A stretch of 61,310 bases of DNA, filler included, from Basidioascus undulatus (lineage: Eukaryota): the NCBI GenBank assembly GCA_000826855.1. It is 5 parts of 5 records of this genome, joined end to end, with 100 filler letters (N's around TTAATTAATTAA, not from the genome) between each part and the next. Parts side by side here need not be neighbours in the genome. Positions count along the whole stretch, not along the records: positions 1 to 12,189 come from JTLS01000935.1; 4 more parts are not named here. One strand, written 5' to 3'. Numbering within the stretch: position 1 is the stretch's first letter; every line of letters starts with the position of its first letter. A model generated the notes under the pieces. The model saw only the letters and a program-made list of their open reading frames with translations. It did not search any database and had not been told where the DNA came from. Made by a program: the position numbers and the translations under genes. This document shows positions 1 to 12,289 of this stretch, piece after piece.

Positions 1-110
1 CGTCTCGTAATCAACCATTGCCCCCACAAGCCCCGGGTAGCCCCCGTTGCGGTCTGCTTCGCTCTGCCGGATCCTGACAGAGGTGACAGACATGTACTGC
101 GTCCGCAAAG

Positions 111-486
111 CACAGTGAATGTAGTGTGTGGCACCAGATTCATGGTGGCCCGCACTGAAATGACACCATGAATTTCTGGTTAATTTTTCTTGATGTCAGA
201 TTGACGGTGAGCCACAATGAATGTATTTTCACAATGTCAGATTCACTGTGAGCCACAGTGAATGCTTTTCATGGTGTCACTTTCATATTTCCATACCATG
301 ATGCAGTTGATCCTGCCATTCACAAAGAACCACCGTGAAAACATTGACTGGTAGGAAAAGGACATTTTGTCCACATGTACCACCTTGAACATGTCACTGT
401 ATTGATGCTATATCAATGCTATATGCATGGATGACACCTAGCAGCTGCTTGCAGATTAAGCAGTTGACCCCATGAAATTCATTGTG
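111..486. repeat. CpG-poor region with clustered direct and inverted copies of a CAC(C/A)(G/A)TGAA motif; probable decayed transposon end
   Basis: Motif copies at 111, 164, 213, 254, 331 and 381 (+) and 138, 201, 241, 268 and 478 (reverse orientation). Perfect 10-bp inverted repeat 241-250/254-263. Two imperfect ~41-bp tandem units at 191-231 and 232-271. Confidence 0.5.
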
Positions 487-639
487 TTGACAAAGTTCCC
501 ACCCTAGCAATCATGCAGTCAACAGTTCAATAAGATCCATTAGTAATCTTGCTTCCCTATTTCTATCTATGAATGCTCAGACAGCCAAAAAATGCTATTA
601 AATAACCTACCATTTTTGATGTCTTGTCGCTGAAGAAGC

Positions 640-1232
640 ATGCCCTCGTGCGATGTTGAAGACGCCCAGGACGTTGGTGTCGTCTGTTCGCGCCTGTTAG
701 CATCTTACGACTGAGTTGACACAACCACTCCTGCTTACACATATCTGTACATCAGAGTGTTCAGCCCTCTATCCCGCGTTGAGGATACAAAGAGGAACGC
801 ACAGTCAAACTCCTCGCGGCCCTCGATCTCCAGGGCCGGCTTAACAATAGCGACGCCCACATTCTGTAGGATAAGAGGGGAGTATTCACGTTTCAGCTAC
901 TCAGAGTCCATGCGCGATATCAGGAAACGCTCCTGCACTCACAGCCGCAACACCCGCAACCTTGCCCAGCTCCTGGTCCACCAGCGCGAACACCTCCCTG
1001 AAGCGCTTCAAGTCGCCGGCGTCGCACTGGTACGCCTTGACCTTCACGCCGAATTCACGGCCCAGGCCCTGGGCGACTTGCTCGGCGTCCTTCGAGGAAC
1101 GGTACAGGATAGCAACATTGCCGCCTGCGCCTGCGATCGCACGAGAGCGCGAGCCCGATCCCCCTGTTTCCCCCGGTGTACGGTACCGTAAAGTCCAAGT
1201 TTCTGCAGAATGTAACTAAGAGTTCTTACCAT
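640..1232 (-). pseudogene. NADP-mannitol-dehydrogenase-like short-chain dehydrogenase, 5' half only, frameshifted
   Basis: Reads TGGNRGIGLAL / frameshift ~1145 / RAIAGAGGNVAILYRSSKDAEQVAQGLGREFGVKVKAYQCD...| NVGVAIVKPALE...| DTNVLGVFNIAR, then breaks into repeat DNA at ~640. No YxxxK catalytic exon seen. Confidence 0.8.
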
Positions 1233-1937
1233 AATTTAGGTCTGTTCGGGAGAAAACGTCCACTTAGTCCGAGGCAGGCACGGAGGTTACGGGAGAGCAC
1301 ACCTTGCCAGAGAAGTCGATGGTGAAGGGCATGTTGCTAATGGGCACCCAGATTGAAGCGGGCGTTCGATGGCATGGTGAAGAGCAATGGTGAAAGAGGA
1401 AGGAGGAGACGGCTCAGGTGATAAAGGGGGCAGTCGCGGCGCAATCGGGCCGGCTGCTCGTGCTGGCGGTGGAAAAAATCCGCTGCTATGTGGGGATGCT
1501 TTGTGGGGGACGCCGCTGAGCGGCTTTCGTCCGCCTCGTTTATGATAGGAAAAGGGTAAGAAAGGAAGGGGTAGGAAAGGTGTCGGGGTCCCATTAATCC
1601 CTGACAGCCTGTGCGACGAACTGTGGAGATCGATCACGACCAGACCTAGTGCGATGGTCGTGAAACTTGGCGCGGTGTGTCAACGTGTGCACACTCCAAC
1701 GCAATCTTCTCTGAGTAGTGCAGCTCCGCAGTCTAATTGTGGGACCAGGCTGATGGACAAGGTATGACTACGCGTGGCTGTTAGAGACGGCGTGTGGGGA
1801 GACTGAAGTTCGCGACATCCTCTCGCATGTCGAGTTGCAGTCCTTGCTAGTCAACATTGAAGAGCGCCTCAAGCGGCCGCGCGGCTTTTCCAGGCACAAA
1901 CAGACCTGTGGAAATGCCAAATTCATGCTGGGTCGCC

Positions 1938-2360
1938 CTACTCTCGCTGCAGGACCGCTTGAAACTCTGCAAAGCTAATCTGAACACCCAAACATCACGA
2001 TCAGCGGCCCCTCGCCGTATGCTTCAAGTTCCAGGAAGCGCTCACGCACCTTGCCATCGCCGTCGACATCAGCCACCCTCATCATGCCGTCCAGCTCCTC
2101 CTCCTTCACCGGGATGCCGAGTCTCCGCATGACCCTCGTAGTTATGCGCTCCCCTCCCAATTAATTAACGGCGTCGTCCCACCCCGGCCAAATCACCCAT
2201 TCCCAAGGGAAACCTCACCCTCTCTGTCAATGAACCCCGTCCCCGAAACGTCGATCTTCTGGAAAGCCTTCCGCAGCTCGCTCTCCAGCAGCTCTGAGTC
2301 CTCCCATAGAGCGCTTTGTAGGAGGACGACGAACTCCTCGAATGTCAGCTGCCCATCGCT
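1938..2360 (-). pseudogene. Calmodulin-like EF-hand gene, 3' part (possibly degenerate)
   Basis: DGQLTFEEFVVLL...ELRKAFQKIDVSGTGFIDRE | RVMRRLGIPVKEEELDGMMRVADVDGDGK | ISFAEFQAVLQRE*, with TAG at 1938-1940. The acceptor before the RVMRR exon is poor and no 5' exons were recognised. Confidence 0.65.
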
Positions 2361-3670
2361 GTGTGATTTGATTGCCTAACACATTCAATGTTACTGGCTC
2401 TAAAGTACTTCTCCAGAAAACCCGCAGTGGCACAATCGCAACGGTCGAGGTGCGGCTAGATAATGAGAGTGGAAGAGGAAGAATCGATACGGGTCGCAGA
2501 ACATCACCTATTTACGGCACAGCGCCTGCTCCTGTATCCCGCTGACGAACATAACTATTTCAAAATATGAAATTAATTTGTATACTGTGCTTTACTCTTT
2601 GGTTGACGACTTATAGGGAAGTCGCAGCTCCACGAGACGATGGACCGTACCGCAACCTGCCGTGCGCTTGGTTCCCGGAGCAGGGCGTTGACGAATGCAG
2701 GCCGTCGGCTGGTTGACTGCATTGCAAAATTTCTGAGGGCAAACACCGGAATTAAACATTAATTTACAAATTCCTGAACCAATCACTGCATGCAGCCTGA
2801 GGGACATGGGACAGTCACAATGCGCATCCAAGTCGGTCCAAGTGCAGCAGCTAGCTGCCTTCGGCTTTCAGCCTTTGCCGGGGTCCGTTGTGCACGCAGA
2901 CTCAAGCGAACCCTTCTACGGACTTGGCATGAAAGAATTCAAAATTTGCATAGTTTCACAAGGTAGATTATATGAAGTGCAGAGCATGGAGACCTGCAGT
3001 GATGACCGGAATGTAGTGCACGCTCTGCTTGTAGCAGGCTTACGCCAAATCTCCGAGCACAGTTCCTCCCGGGTAGAGAGAGATTCCAATAAGACATCTT
3101 CGAAGGATAGTATCAGTGTACCGTTCCTCAGTGTAGATGGTGTTGTCGGACGTCAGCGACAGTGCAACCCACTCATTTCACGCCCCCTCCCACTGAGCAT
3201 GTCATCCTCCCTCCGAGCGGAACGGAGGCAGTACATCCAGACGTTGGTTGGTAAGGGCAGAGCTGCGCCCTTTCTTTGTGACAAGCATCTGGGTAGAGCG
3301 GTGACCGTGAAGTAACTCCTATTCTTGTGCGACTGCTCGGTCTTCGTAGTTTTAGGCACATCCTCCTCCTCGAAGCTCCAGCAAAGCTGTGACGCTTGTA
3401 TTGCCCCAAGCGATGAGTGTACCGAGCTGAAGCAACAGAGGCTGCGCTCACTAGAAGTCATGGCGACCACAGGAGGCCGCGCCTGCGCCGCTGGTTTGGA
3501 CTCAGTCGGAGAGTGCTCAGCTTCCTGCCATGCACTAATTAGTGCCGACGCCTGTCCTTCTTAACGCCAGACGACTGTCTGTCTCTTGCGCTTCCAGTCG
3601 GCGTACGAACTGCGACAACGACAGTCCCTCTCCACCAGCATCGAGATACCATCAAGCATGCATCACATTC

Positions 3671-5432
3671 CTACCGCCCCACCCCCCCATAAACGATATC
3701 CGGGTACCCATCCGGGCCCGCATAAGTCGAGTACCGCGCGGCAACATCCAGCTCTGCACCGTCGTCTGCCAGGGCGAAGCTCGGCGGCCTCTCCCCATCC
3801 CTGCTCGGTCCCGCGTCCGTGCTCGTATCGGTGGAGTATACCGACCCTCTCGAGGTAGCGAACGATGGGCGGGGCTGCGCGAAGTCGTGGTGGTGATGGG
3901 GGAGGAGGGATGTCGTGCTATGCGCAGGTGAGACGAACGTGTCCTTGCTCCCAAGCGGGGACGGGCTGGGAGTCAAGTGCGTCCCGAACCGGGACCGCCG
4001 GGCTTCAGCGGCAGCAAGCACCTCGCGCGCGATGTCCTCGTCCTCCTCCGCGCCGTGATGTCTTCGCCTCCCAGGGGGTCTAGGCGAGATGGGCAAGCCG
4101 GCGGGCGCGCTCGGCGGCAGGGGCGGCAGGGGAGGATTGCAGATGCTTATCCAGCTCGCGCGCAAAGCGTCGCGGTCGCGCCGCGCGAAGCTGCGCGGGC
4201 GGAGTTCGTACGCCTCTTCCCCCCCGGCCGCGGAGAAGACTGACGCGCGTCCGTGCTGCGGGAAGTACGCGAAGTCCTCGTCGATTTGCGAGCTGAACGC
4301 GGGGTCGGGGAGAGTTGGTGGGATCGGAGGGGCGTCCCGCCTGATGAGGAAGCAGGTGAGGAAGATTACGCCGAGCGCAGCGAGAGATGTGAGGACGGAG
4401 GTGAGGGCTATGATGAGTGTTTTTGGGGGTTCGGCAGGGGTAGGGAGCGGGGAGGGCGTGGGGGTTGGGGAGATGAGGAGGGACGCGGAGAGCGGGATGG
4501 CGGCGTGCGCGGGGAGCGCGGTAGAGTTCTTCAGGGTGCCATTGGAAGCGAAGGGTACGTGCGGGTACGCGGGCATGCCCGGGAGGGGGGATACGAGGAC
4601 GGCGGGGGTCACGTAGGTTGAGGATGAGGAAGAGGAGGTAGAATCTAGGAGGGAGAGGATGTTCGCGCAGGCTAGGGGGGGGCCGGAGGGGGAGTGCAGC
4701 ACGACGGAGCGGCCGAGGAGGGAGTGGCGCGCGGGTAAGACTGTGTGTGTGTGAACGGTGTCAGCTCGGGAGGGGAGAGAAGGAATGGGGCTGGGACGAA
4801 CAGCGCAGGTAGTTGTCCGTGTAGTTCGCAGTGAAGGAGGCCCGAGAGATCTTCCCGTGCTTCCCACTGTTCCCGGCACCGTCTTCCAAATATCAGCATT
4901 CCCTTCGGAAACCCGAGGCGAAAAGCCGCAACGCACCTGAGGTCTCCCACCTGGCAGTACTGTGGGTGATCGGGGTGGCATGTGGTCCAGTTGCTCACAA
5001 AGTACGGGTCAAGGTGGAGTCCTGTATCTTTGCAATCGCCTGAAGAAGGTACGGGCGACGCGTGGATGTGGTACGCGTATTCCTTGCCGTCTTCCAGTCC
5101 TGCGTCCCTCTGTTCCGTCAGCGCACACCTTCCTCCCCATGCTGAAAGAGACACTCACCCCGGACCTGCACGCCCACCTCCGTCCCCTTCCCATCCCAGA
5201 ACCCCCGAAAGTCCACGCGCACAGTCCCATTCCCGCTCGGGACGGACAGCTCCGCCCACGCGTGCAGGTCCTGGTCCCTGAACGGGACGTCGTCAAGCGA
5301 CGCCTGGCGCGCAGCGACGCGCGGTGAGGGCGCTCGCGGAGGTGTGGGTGGTACGGAGGAAGGCGAGGGCGGGAAGAGGAGCGCGGTGGATAGGAGCGGG
5401 AGGAGCGCGAAGGGGAGGAGCAGGCGGCTCAT
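3671..5432 (-). CDS. Cu-only (SOD5-type) superoxide dismutase-like domain + Ser/Thr/Pro stalk + TM helix + long cytoplasmic tail
   Basis: Signal peptide MSRLLLPFALLPLLSTA. Spliced YHIH, GDCKDTGLHLDP, CHPDHPQYCQVGDLSGKHG, LLGRSVVLH...LACANI. Hydrophobic LIIALTSVLTSLAALGVIFLTCFLI followed by RR. Three GT-AG introns. Confidence 0.85.
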
Positions 5433-6249
5433 CCGAGCGTGAGGGGTGCCGTTGAGGTGTGGGGGTATGAATGATTTCGGGGAGCAAAAGGAGGGTGTGG
5501 GTGTAATATTGATATTGTAATATTGTGAGGATTGCAGGAGGAGGAGGAGGTGAGGAGGGACGGAAGAAGGCCAGACGCGATGCCAGGGCAGCGACAGACG
5601 CAGCGAGTGCGCGAGGTCGAGACCCTTCGCGCTAAGCTGTGCTAGTCTGACAGCGACACAAACTAACAGGCCCTTTGGTGATCTGTCAAATGTCGCAATC
5701 GCGTGGCTCCCCTCTTTCACTCTTTCACCTTGACATTTTCACACTTTTCATCTTCTCTTTCAGATGCTGCTTCTTTCATATTGGATAGCCCTTAGGAACC
5801 GCATGACGTTAATCGCCTACTCTCCCCTCCATACACACTGGCAGTAACCGAATAACGGAGGAACGAGGACATACCTGGGCGCATTGTTGTCATCGCAGCA
5901 CGGGCTGTGTAGCTGAGAGGGTGCTCACCTATCGAACACAATGTGGGTTACAAAATGGGTGAGTGATATACTGTGTTCTTATTTCCCCTGATTTCTGCTG
6001 TTGGAATCGGTAGGGGAACAGGAAATGATTAAGCTCAGAGCCCAGCTCGTCGACAGCGTGAATGTGGAGACCACGGCGAAGTGTACGGCTCGGGAGTACA
6101 TAAAGGCCCAACTCGAAAGATGTATGCTTTTACATTCCGAAAGTACCCTGTCCATTGTGCACCTCCCTCGCCACCTGTTCCACCTGTCCAACGCAGTTGA
6201 CAACAGCACTTCGTCCTCCTGCGCTCCACCGCCCGCGTTCCTTCGACAT

Positions 6250-7327
6250 CCTTAGAACAAGAACTTCACAAGGGTATAGAACGAGCACTATGCTTTGAGC
6301 GCGCTCCGGAAGTCCGGGCTCCCACTGACAGGAACGCAGAGAAGGGCGTTTCCAGAGAGGGAGAGACTCTCGAGATGTCAAATATTGGGCGAAGAGGGGC
6401 AAGCGGGCGGACTGGGGGCGGAGCGGCCAGCGAACTACAGCTCTAAATCCGCCAGGTCCACATGAAAGAAGGAACTACCAAGTAGTCGAGTTTTGGTGAG
6501 GTTGGGCAAGCCGCAAGGGATCAGGTCCGCAAGTACGACCTCAGCTTCAGCAGCCCAGATGGAAATGCAAGCGGTGATGATCGCAGGTCGACTGTGAGAG
6601 GCCAGTGGCTTCAAGGCGGCACAGGCATTTCTGAGATTGATCCATGACAGCAGGGCCCGAGCGTGCAGGGGTTTGATGAGTAGAGCTGTGTCGACGGCTT
6701 GGCCGTTGAAATCATAAAGTAGGGGGAGGGCAATGTCAGGAATACCACGCAGGACAGGACACCCACCGGATTCTGGAGGTCCAAGGGCGCCGGGCGTCCG
6801 TCCACAAGGTGAACTGCCCATGCTAGCTATAGCGACGGTCGAAAAGGAAGGGAATGCGTAGGCATAGTGCGAACAAACTCGCAGGTCTTTGAACTGAGCT
6901 GATAATACTATGTAGAGCGCTCATAACGGGCTCGGGCCTCGGGTTCGAAGAAAGCTCGAAGTCGAAGTTCAAGCGGATGAGTCCAGGCGCGAGCTCGATG
7001 ACCCCAGCGAGGTTGCGGAACTGTGCTGCAGTCGACGCCCTGTTCGCCCACAGCAGGGAGACGGTGAAATGTGTGGTGTAGGGGACTTAGATGGAGCGTC
7101 GCATCTCGAACAGCTGGTCCTCGGTGCAGGCCTGGACGGAGGGCTGCGTCAACATGGACTTCGTGCGGCCAAACGAGGCGACCACTCGATCCCAGCCGAA
7201 ACACCGCCGCCCAAGCTCGGTAGCGGGGAGCACAAAAGGAGTGGGGGCGCCGAACGGTGAGTAGGAGAGCTGCGAAATCGGCAGGATCGACCTCGTCGAG
7301 GATCTTTTCGAGGACCTCGGCCGGCAT
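6250..7327 (-). pseudogene. F-box-like gene relic
   Basis: N-terminal MPAEVLEKILDEVDPADFAALLLTV resembles an F-box. Downstream sequence is fragmented across frames and the 3' boundary is approximate. Confidence 0.35.
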
Positions 7328-8306
7328 GCCGGCGAGGTTTGGGAAATCGAGAACGAGGGAGGTGCTGTCCAGGAGTCATTTTTTACTTGTCAGTAAAATA
7401 TTTCTAGATGGATTCCGTTACCCTCATGCGACCGAGCTACGCACCTCATGGCGCAACCACTGAGTGTTTGTGAGGATGGGGGAGCGAGGAGCGGCGACCG
7501 GGAGCTCGAACGTGCACGACGGCATACTTTCGATTATAAGAGGCTCTCAGATACGGATCACCTAGGACGAATTCCAGGGATCGACAAAGATGGTGATGGT
7601 AAGGAGGAAAGGGGCTTTTCCAATGCGCCTGCGCTCATGACTCGGGAGCTCCGACGGAAGCACATCTCCGCCCCCCGCGCTCGATACCTACCGTCTGTTG
7701 TGAAAAACGTTGTCACATTGATTTGTGGAGGACCAGGGCTGACGATAATTCGTGTGCTTATTCCACTCGATGAGAAACCGCGACCTCGAGAATCGCCACA
7801 AGCTTCGAGCCCGAGGTACAACGACAGTCGGCTGCCCTGCAGCTGTCCTTCGTGTGTTCCTGTAGCATTCCAGGAGTAAAAATTAACCCGGAGTTGGGCT
7901 CCAGCCCATCCCGTGCCTTCGTCGAACAAGAATATCAGTCGATCTGTGACTCGAGCGCTGCCCGCTGGCGGTCTTGACCAGCCTATGCATGTTGACCAGA
8001 GTGTGCATGCTAATTTTTGAAAACTTGTTACTTCCCATATGCATAGCTGTCAACGTGAAAACAACACCGGACTGTTGTGGCTTCTTAGTTCCAAGCAAAC
8101 ATCTCGCGTTCCCGTAGATTGAAGCGTCGCCCAGAGCAAGCCCGCTTAATACACAACGTGAGCACTGGTATTGAAAAGTGGTGTCGAGCAGTGACTGTCT
8201 ACGTAACGTTTCCCAACCAGCTTCAAAGACCATTCCAAATGCCGTTCCTCAACCGCAATCAACCGCCTCACCATAACAGTTCAATGGACCCCACTCGCCC
8301 TACTCC

Positions 8307-11300
8307 CTATCTCCACGGATTGTCCTCCTCACCCCAACCCGCGTGGCCCCCACCCCCCGCCTCCTCATCCCCGGGACTTTTCACGTCCACCCTAACCTCC
8401 ACACTAGGCGGCGGGGTCCCCTCTCTCGCAACCTGCACCTCCTCGACCTCCCTGACCTCGCGCCCCTCAATCTCCCTCTTCCGCCTCGCTCTCGCCCCCG
8501 CCAGGTCCTCCTCCTCCACCTCAACCTGCACATCCTCGACCTCGCCCTCCCTTCCAGGCTGGTACACGCGCCTGTACACCCGCGCACGGTTCCCGCCCAG
8601 GACGTTCGGATCGCCGCGCCGCCGGACGCGCGCCGCCTCCGCCTCCTCTGCCTCGGGGTCCTCGCAGACGAGGTCGACCGCGTCGGGCCGCTGGAGCGGG
8701 GACGCCGTGCCCGAGGTAGGCGAGGCCGCCTTCTTGTCCTCGACCACCTCCGCCTCCCCGTCCTCAGCAAGGAACGCCTCCAGCTCGTCCTCCGGCCGCG
8801 CACCGCTGCGGCCATACACGCCCCTGCCCGGGGGGCGGGGGTGGCCTCGGACGGAAGAGGGGCGGGCGAGGTGGGAGGTTGCGGAGTGGGAGCGGGAGCG
8901 GGCGATGCGGGAGGACGAACGCGAGGGCCCGGGAGAGGCGGGCGGGGAAACGAGGTGCGTCGCTGCGGAGCGGCGGTTCGCGAGGACTGCGTCTTCATAC
9001 TCGCGCATTACGCGGCGGGCTTCTTCGCGGGAGCAGTCCTGCTCGCCCACCGCGCCGGATTAGTATCTCTCCCAGCATCAGTGATGAAGAAGAGGACGTA
9101 CGATGCACGGATAGTGATAATCCCCGAACGCTGTCTCCCTCCCGTCTGATCAGCTTCCGTTCTCCGTCCCTCATTCCAAACAACTCACGCAGTCTCTTGG
9201 CCTCCTGATAAAGAGCCTCCTCATCGCCCTGCAGATCCTCAAACACCAAGCTTCCATCCCCGCCCTCCTCCCCGTCATCCTCATACGACCCGTCGCTCCC
9301 GCCCCACTCCTCGTGCTCATGCTCGTCATGCACAACCTCCGCCGCCTGCTCCGGCAAGAGCGGCGCGTACCCCGCGCGCTCCTCACGCCGCCCAGCAAGG
9401 AGGCGGGAGATCGGGTTCGATGGCCCGCGCTGCCGGCCGTCGGGCGCTTCTTCGCCTGCGGAGCAGCCACCCAAAACTCGTGTCAGGAGTTCGCAGGCTT
9501 CAGCGCAATGTGAGAGAATGTACCGGGTAAGGGAATCCAGTACTTGCGCTTCCCGCCCTTCGCGTACCGCAGCCCCGCCCGCACACGCCGCTCGCGCCCC
9601 TTGCCCTGGTGCAGCCCGCCCTCGGCCGGCTCGAACGTCTGGTACGAGAACCCGGTGCCTTCGAGCGTGGTGCGCGAGTCGTGTAGGACGTCGCGCATGC
9701 CGAAGGCCTGTTTCCCCAGCGCCATCCCCGAAAGAGCGTCAGTCCGCCATCACACATTCGTGAGATTTGCCCGATTCGCAGAGGTGTGGGAGAAGCAAGT
9801 GCGAAGGGGAGGAAGGCAAGAAAAGAAGACAACGAGGCGGCAAGGACGAGTGACGAGGAGGCAGAGGCGGAGAAGGAAGACGGGAATGGGAAGGGTAGAG
9901 GAGGGGAGAGAAGACCGCTAGACGCACATCCCGAATCGCATAATAAACCGGCATCCGCCCTGCGTACTGCGCCTTCTTGTCGATGTAGTCCGTATGGCTG
10001 AACGCGTACCAGTGCGCGATCGCAAACAGCGGCATCTCGAAGCAGATGAGGACGTCGCCGAGGGCAAGGGACCTATTCCCATTCACCCACCACCACATCC
10101 CGCCCATTCAGCTATCTATCAGCTCCTCCTTCTCATACGCCTGTCCAGAATCTCTTCGAGCGGAACATACACGTGCTCCGCGTCCTTGTAAGGTCCGACT
10201 GTGTGCTAAAGAAATGAGCGGGAAGGGGAGAGAGGGAAGGAGGGAAAGGAAACGGACTCTGCGGGATAGCCCCAACCGCAACCAAGAACGAGATGAACAG
10301 CCCTTGCCAGAAGGTCGCGAAGAGGACGCCTTTGACGCAGAGGAACTTTGGCATCGGGCTGACAGCGAGGGGACCGAGCTTTGATTAGAAATTCGAAGAA
10401 AGGAAAACGAGAGGACGGGAAGAGGCGGAGGAGAGGGGGAAGGGGATTGGGATGGAGGAGGAGGGAAGACGAGGGGAAGCAAGGGGGGAGGGAGAGAAGA
10501 GAACGAACCGGAAGGGCTTGAGGTCCGGGTGGACTGCAATCCAGAACATCGCTAGGCAGCTTTTGTTCCCAACCCGCACCTGATCAGCTTCCCCACCGAA
10601 AGAAACCGGATTGTACTGTAAGGGAAACGCGCACTAGAGGGCAGTGCAGATGGAGATCTATTCCCATGTCCGACCATACATCAGCCTCACTCCCACAGGC
10701 ACGAACGAAACTGAAAAAGCCAGAAAGCGAAGCAGGAGAGGGAGGAAGGGATAGGGGATAGGAGGGGGGCGAGGGTGAGGGGAAGTAGGGAGAGGAGAGA
10801 CGCACATTATAAACGATCTGCACGTACGTGTACCCCGAGTCGGCGCGGAGCGCGCCCTCGTTGTACGTCCCCGTGAGCTTGAGCACGAGCGTCGCGAGCG
10901 CGAGGAGCGGCTTGACCCAGGCGTATTCTGTATTGTCCATCCCCATGCACATGTACATGCACATGCACATCCGCATTAACGTTTGAGTGCCTTATGGGGA
11001 AGGAGTGACGAGGGAAAGGGGAGAGGGAGAGGAAGGGGGGACGTGGAAGAGGGAAGGGGAGAGGGAAGAGAGGGGAGGGGAGGGAGGAAGGGAGGACGTA
11101 CGGAGGATACCCCGCTTGAGGAAGAGGAATGTGTATGCTGATCCCGCCCAAAAACACATCAGCCTCACATCTCAGGTCCGCGAAGGGAAGGAAAGCGAAA
11201 AGAGAAGGGGGGTAGGGGAAAGGGATAAGGCAGGGAGGAGAGGAGGGGATGGGGGGACGACGCACGGTCCGACACGTCCATCTCGCGCGAGAAGAGCGTG

Positions 11301-12189
11301 ACGGGGAAGACGTGCGGCGTCGGCGGCCGCCCGTGCAGGAGAATGATGAGCGAGCGCTCGCCGCCGCTGTACTTCGCGTGCATACATTGTCAGCGCGTCT
11401 AACCCAGAGATTGACGAAAGAGTAGGAGAGCGGGAGGGAGAGCGGAAGGGTAGAGGCAGTGGGGAGAGGGAGGGAAGGGAGGCGGGAACGGACAGGTAGG
11501 AGACCTGTGTTTCGTGCGTCGGGTGAGCTTGTGTGGGATGAGGTGGGAGAAAAGCAGGTCGGCGCACGAGTAGCTGGAAGAAACAGTAGATCACGAATGC
11601 CTGCCCCCTCCCTCGCCTTCAGTCTCCTCCCAGCCACGGCGCCGGTGCAATCAGAGCCCCACCTCGTACAGATCTCTAATCGCGTCGATCCAGAAGGCCG
11701 CGTCGAGGGAGAAGAGGGAGATGAGGGACGCGATGGCGTAGATCGGGACCCTGGTCGCGTGAGCAAGAAAGGGAACGGTTAGGACGGGGTGTGGGAGGGG
11801 TGGGGAGGGAGGGGGAACGGACATAAGCATGATCCGGACTGTGAAGCGCTGGAGGGCCGGCCTGTTGCACCAACCATCCGTCAATTAGGCTTCTCAGGAA
11901 GAAGGAGGCGGGAAAGAAGAGGATGGGGGTGGGGGGGGGCGACGCACATCCGATAGTTCCTCAACTGCATCCAGATCCCCGCGACACTGATCGCGCTCGC
12001 GACGAGTGCGCTGAGCGTGCAGCAGAGGAGGAGCGCGAAGGGGAGGGCCGAACCCGAGCCGGACCCGAGGTCGGGGTCGTTTGCATCGGGCGGGGCGAGG
12101 GAGGTCGGGGAGGGGCTGGGGGAGGGGGAGCCACCACCGGGGACGGGCGGCCCGACACCCGCTGCGAGGAGTGAGGGGGAGCCACCACC
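8307..12189 (-). CDS. TMEM184 / organic solute transporter alpha (DUF300) family membrane protein, 5'-partial
   Basis: Spliced RPALQRFTVRIMLM|VPIYAIASLISLFS, YTFLFLKRGIL, YAWVKPLLA, PMPKFLCVKGVLFATFWQG, LICFEMPLFAIAHWYAFS, GLRYAKGGKRKYW. Ends DNPWR*. Runs off the contig end. Confidence 0.9.
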
Positions 12190-12289
12190 NNNNNNNNNNN
12201 NNNNNNNNNNNNNNNNNNNNNNNNNNNNNNNNNTTAATTAATTAANNNNNNNNNNNNNNNNNNNNNNNNNNNNNNNNNNNNNNNNNNNN
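12190..12289. other. Artificial contig linker
   Basis: 44 N + TTAATTAATTAA (stops in all six frames) + 44 N. Confidence 0.98.

Noticed and set aside
2159..2168. AATTAATTAA resembling the linker
   Set aside because: Shorter, has no flanking Ns and lies within an intron.
10944..10970. (CACATG)n microsatellite producing an MRMCMCMYMCM ORF start
   Set aside because: An intronic simple repeat, not a metal-binding peptide.
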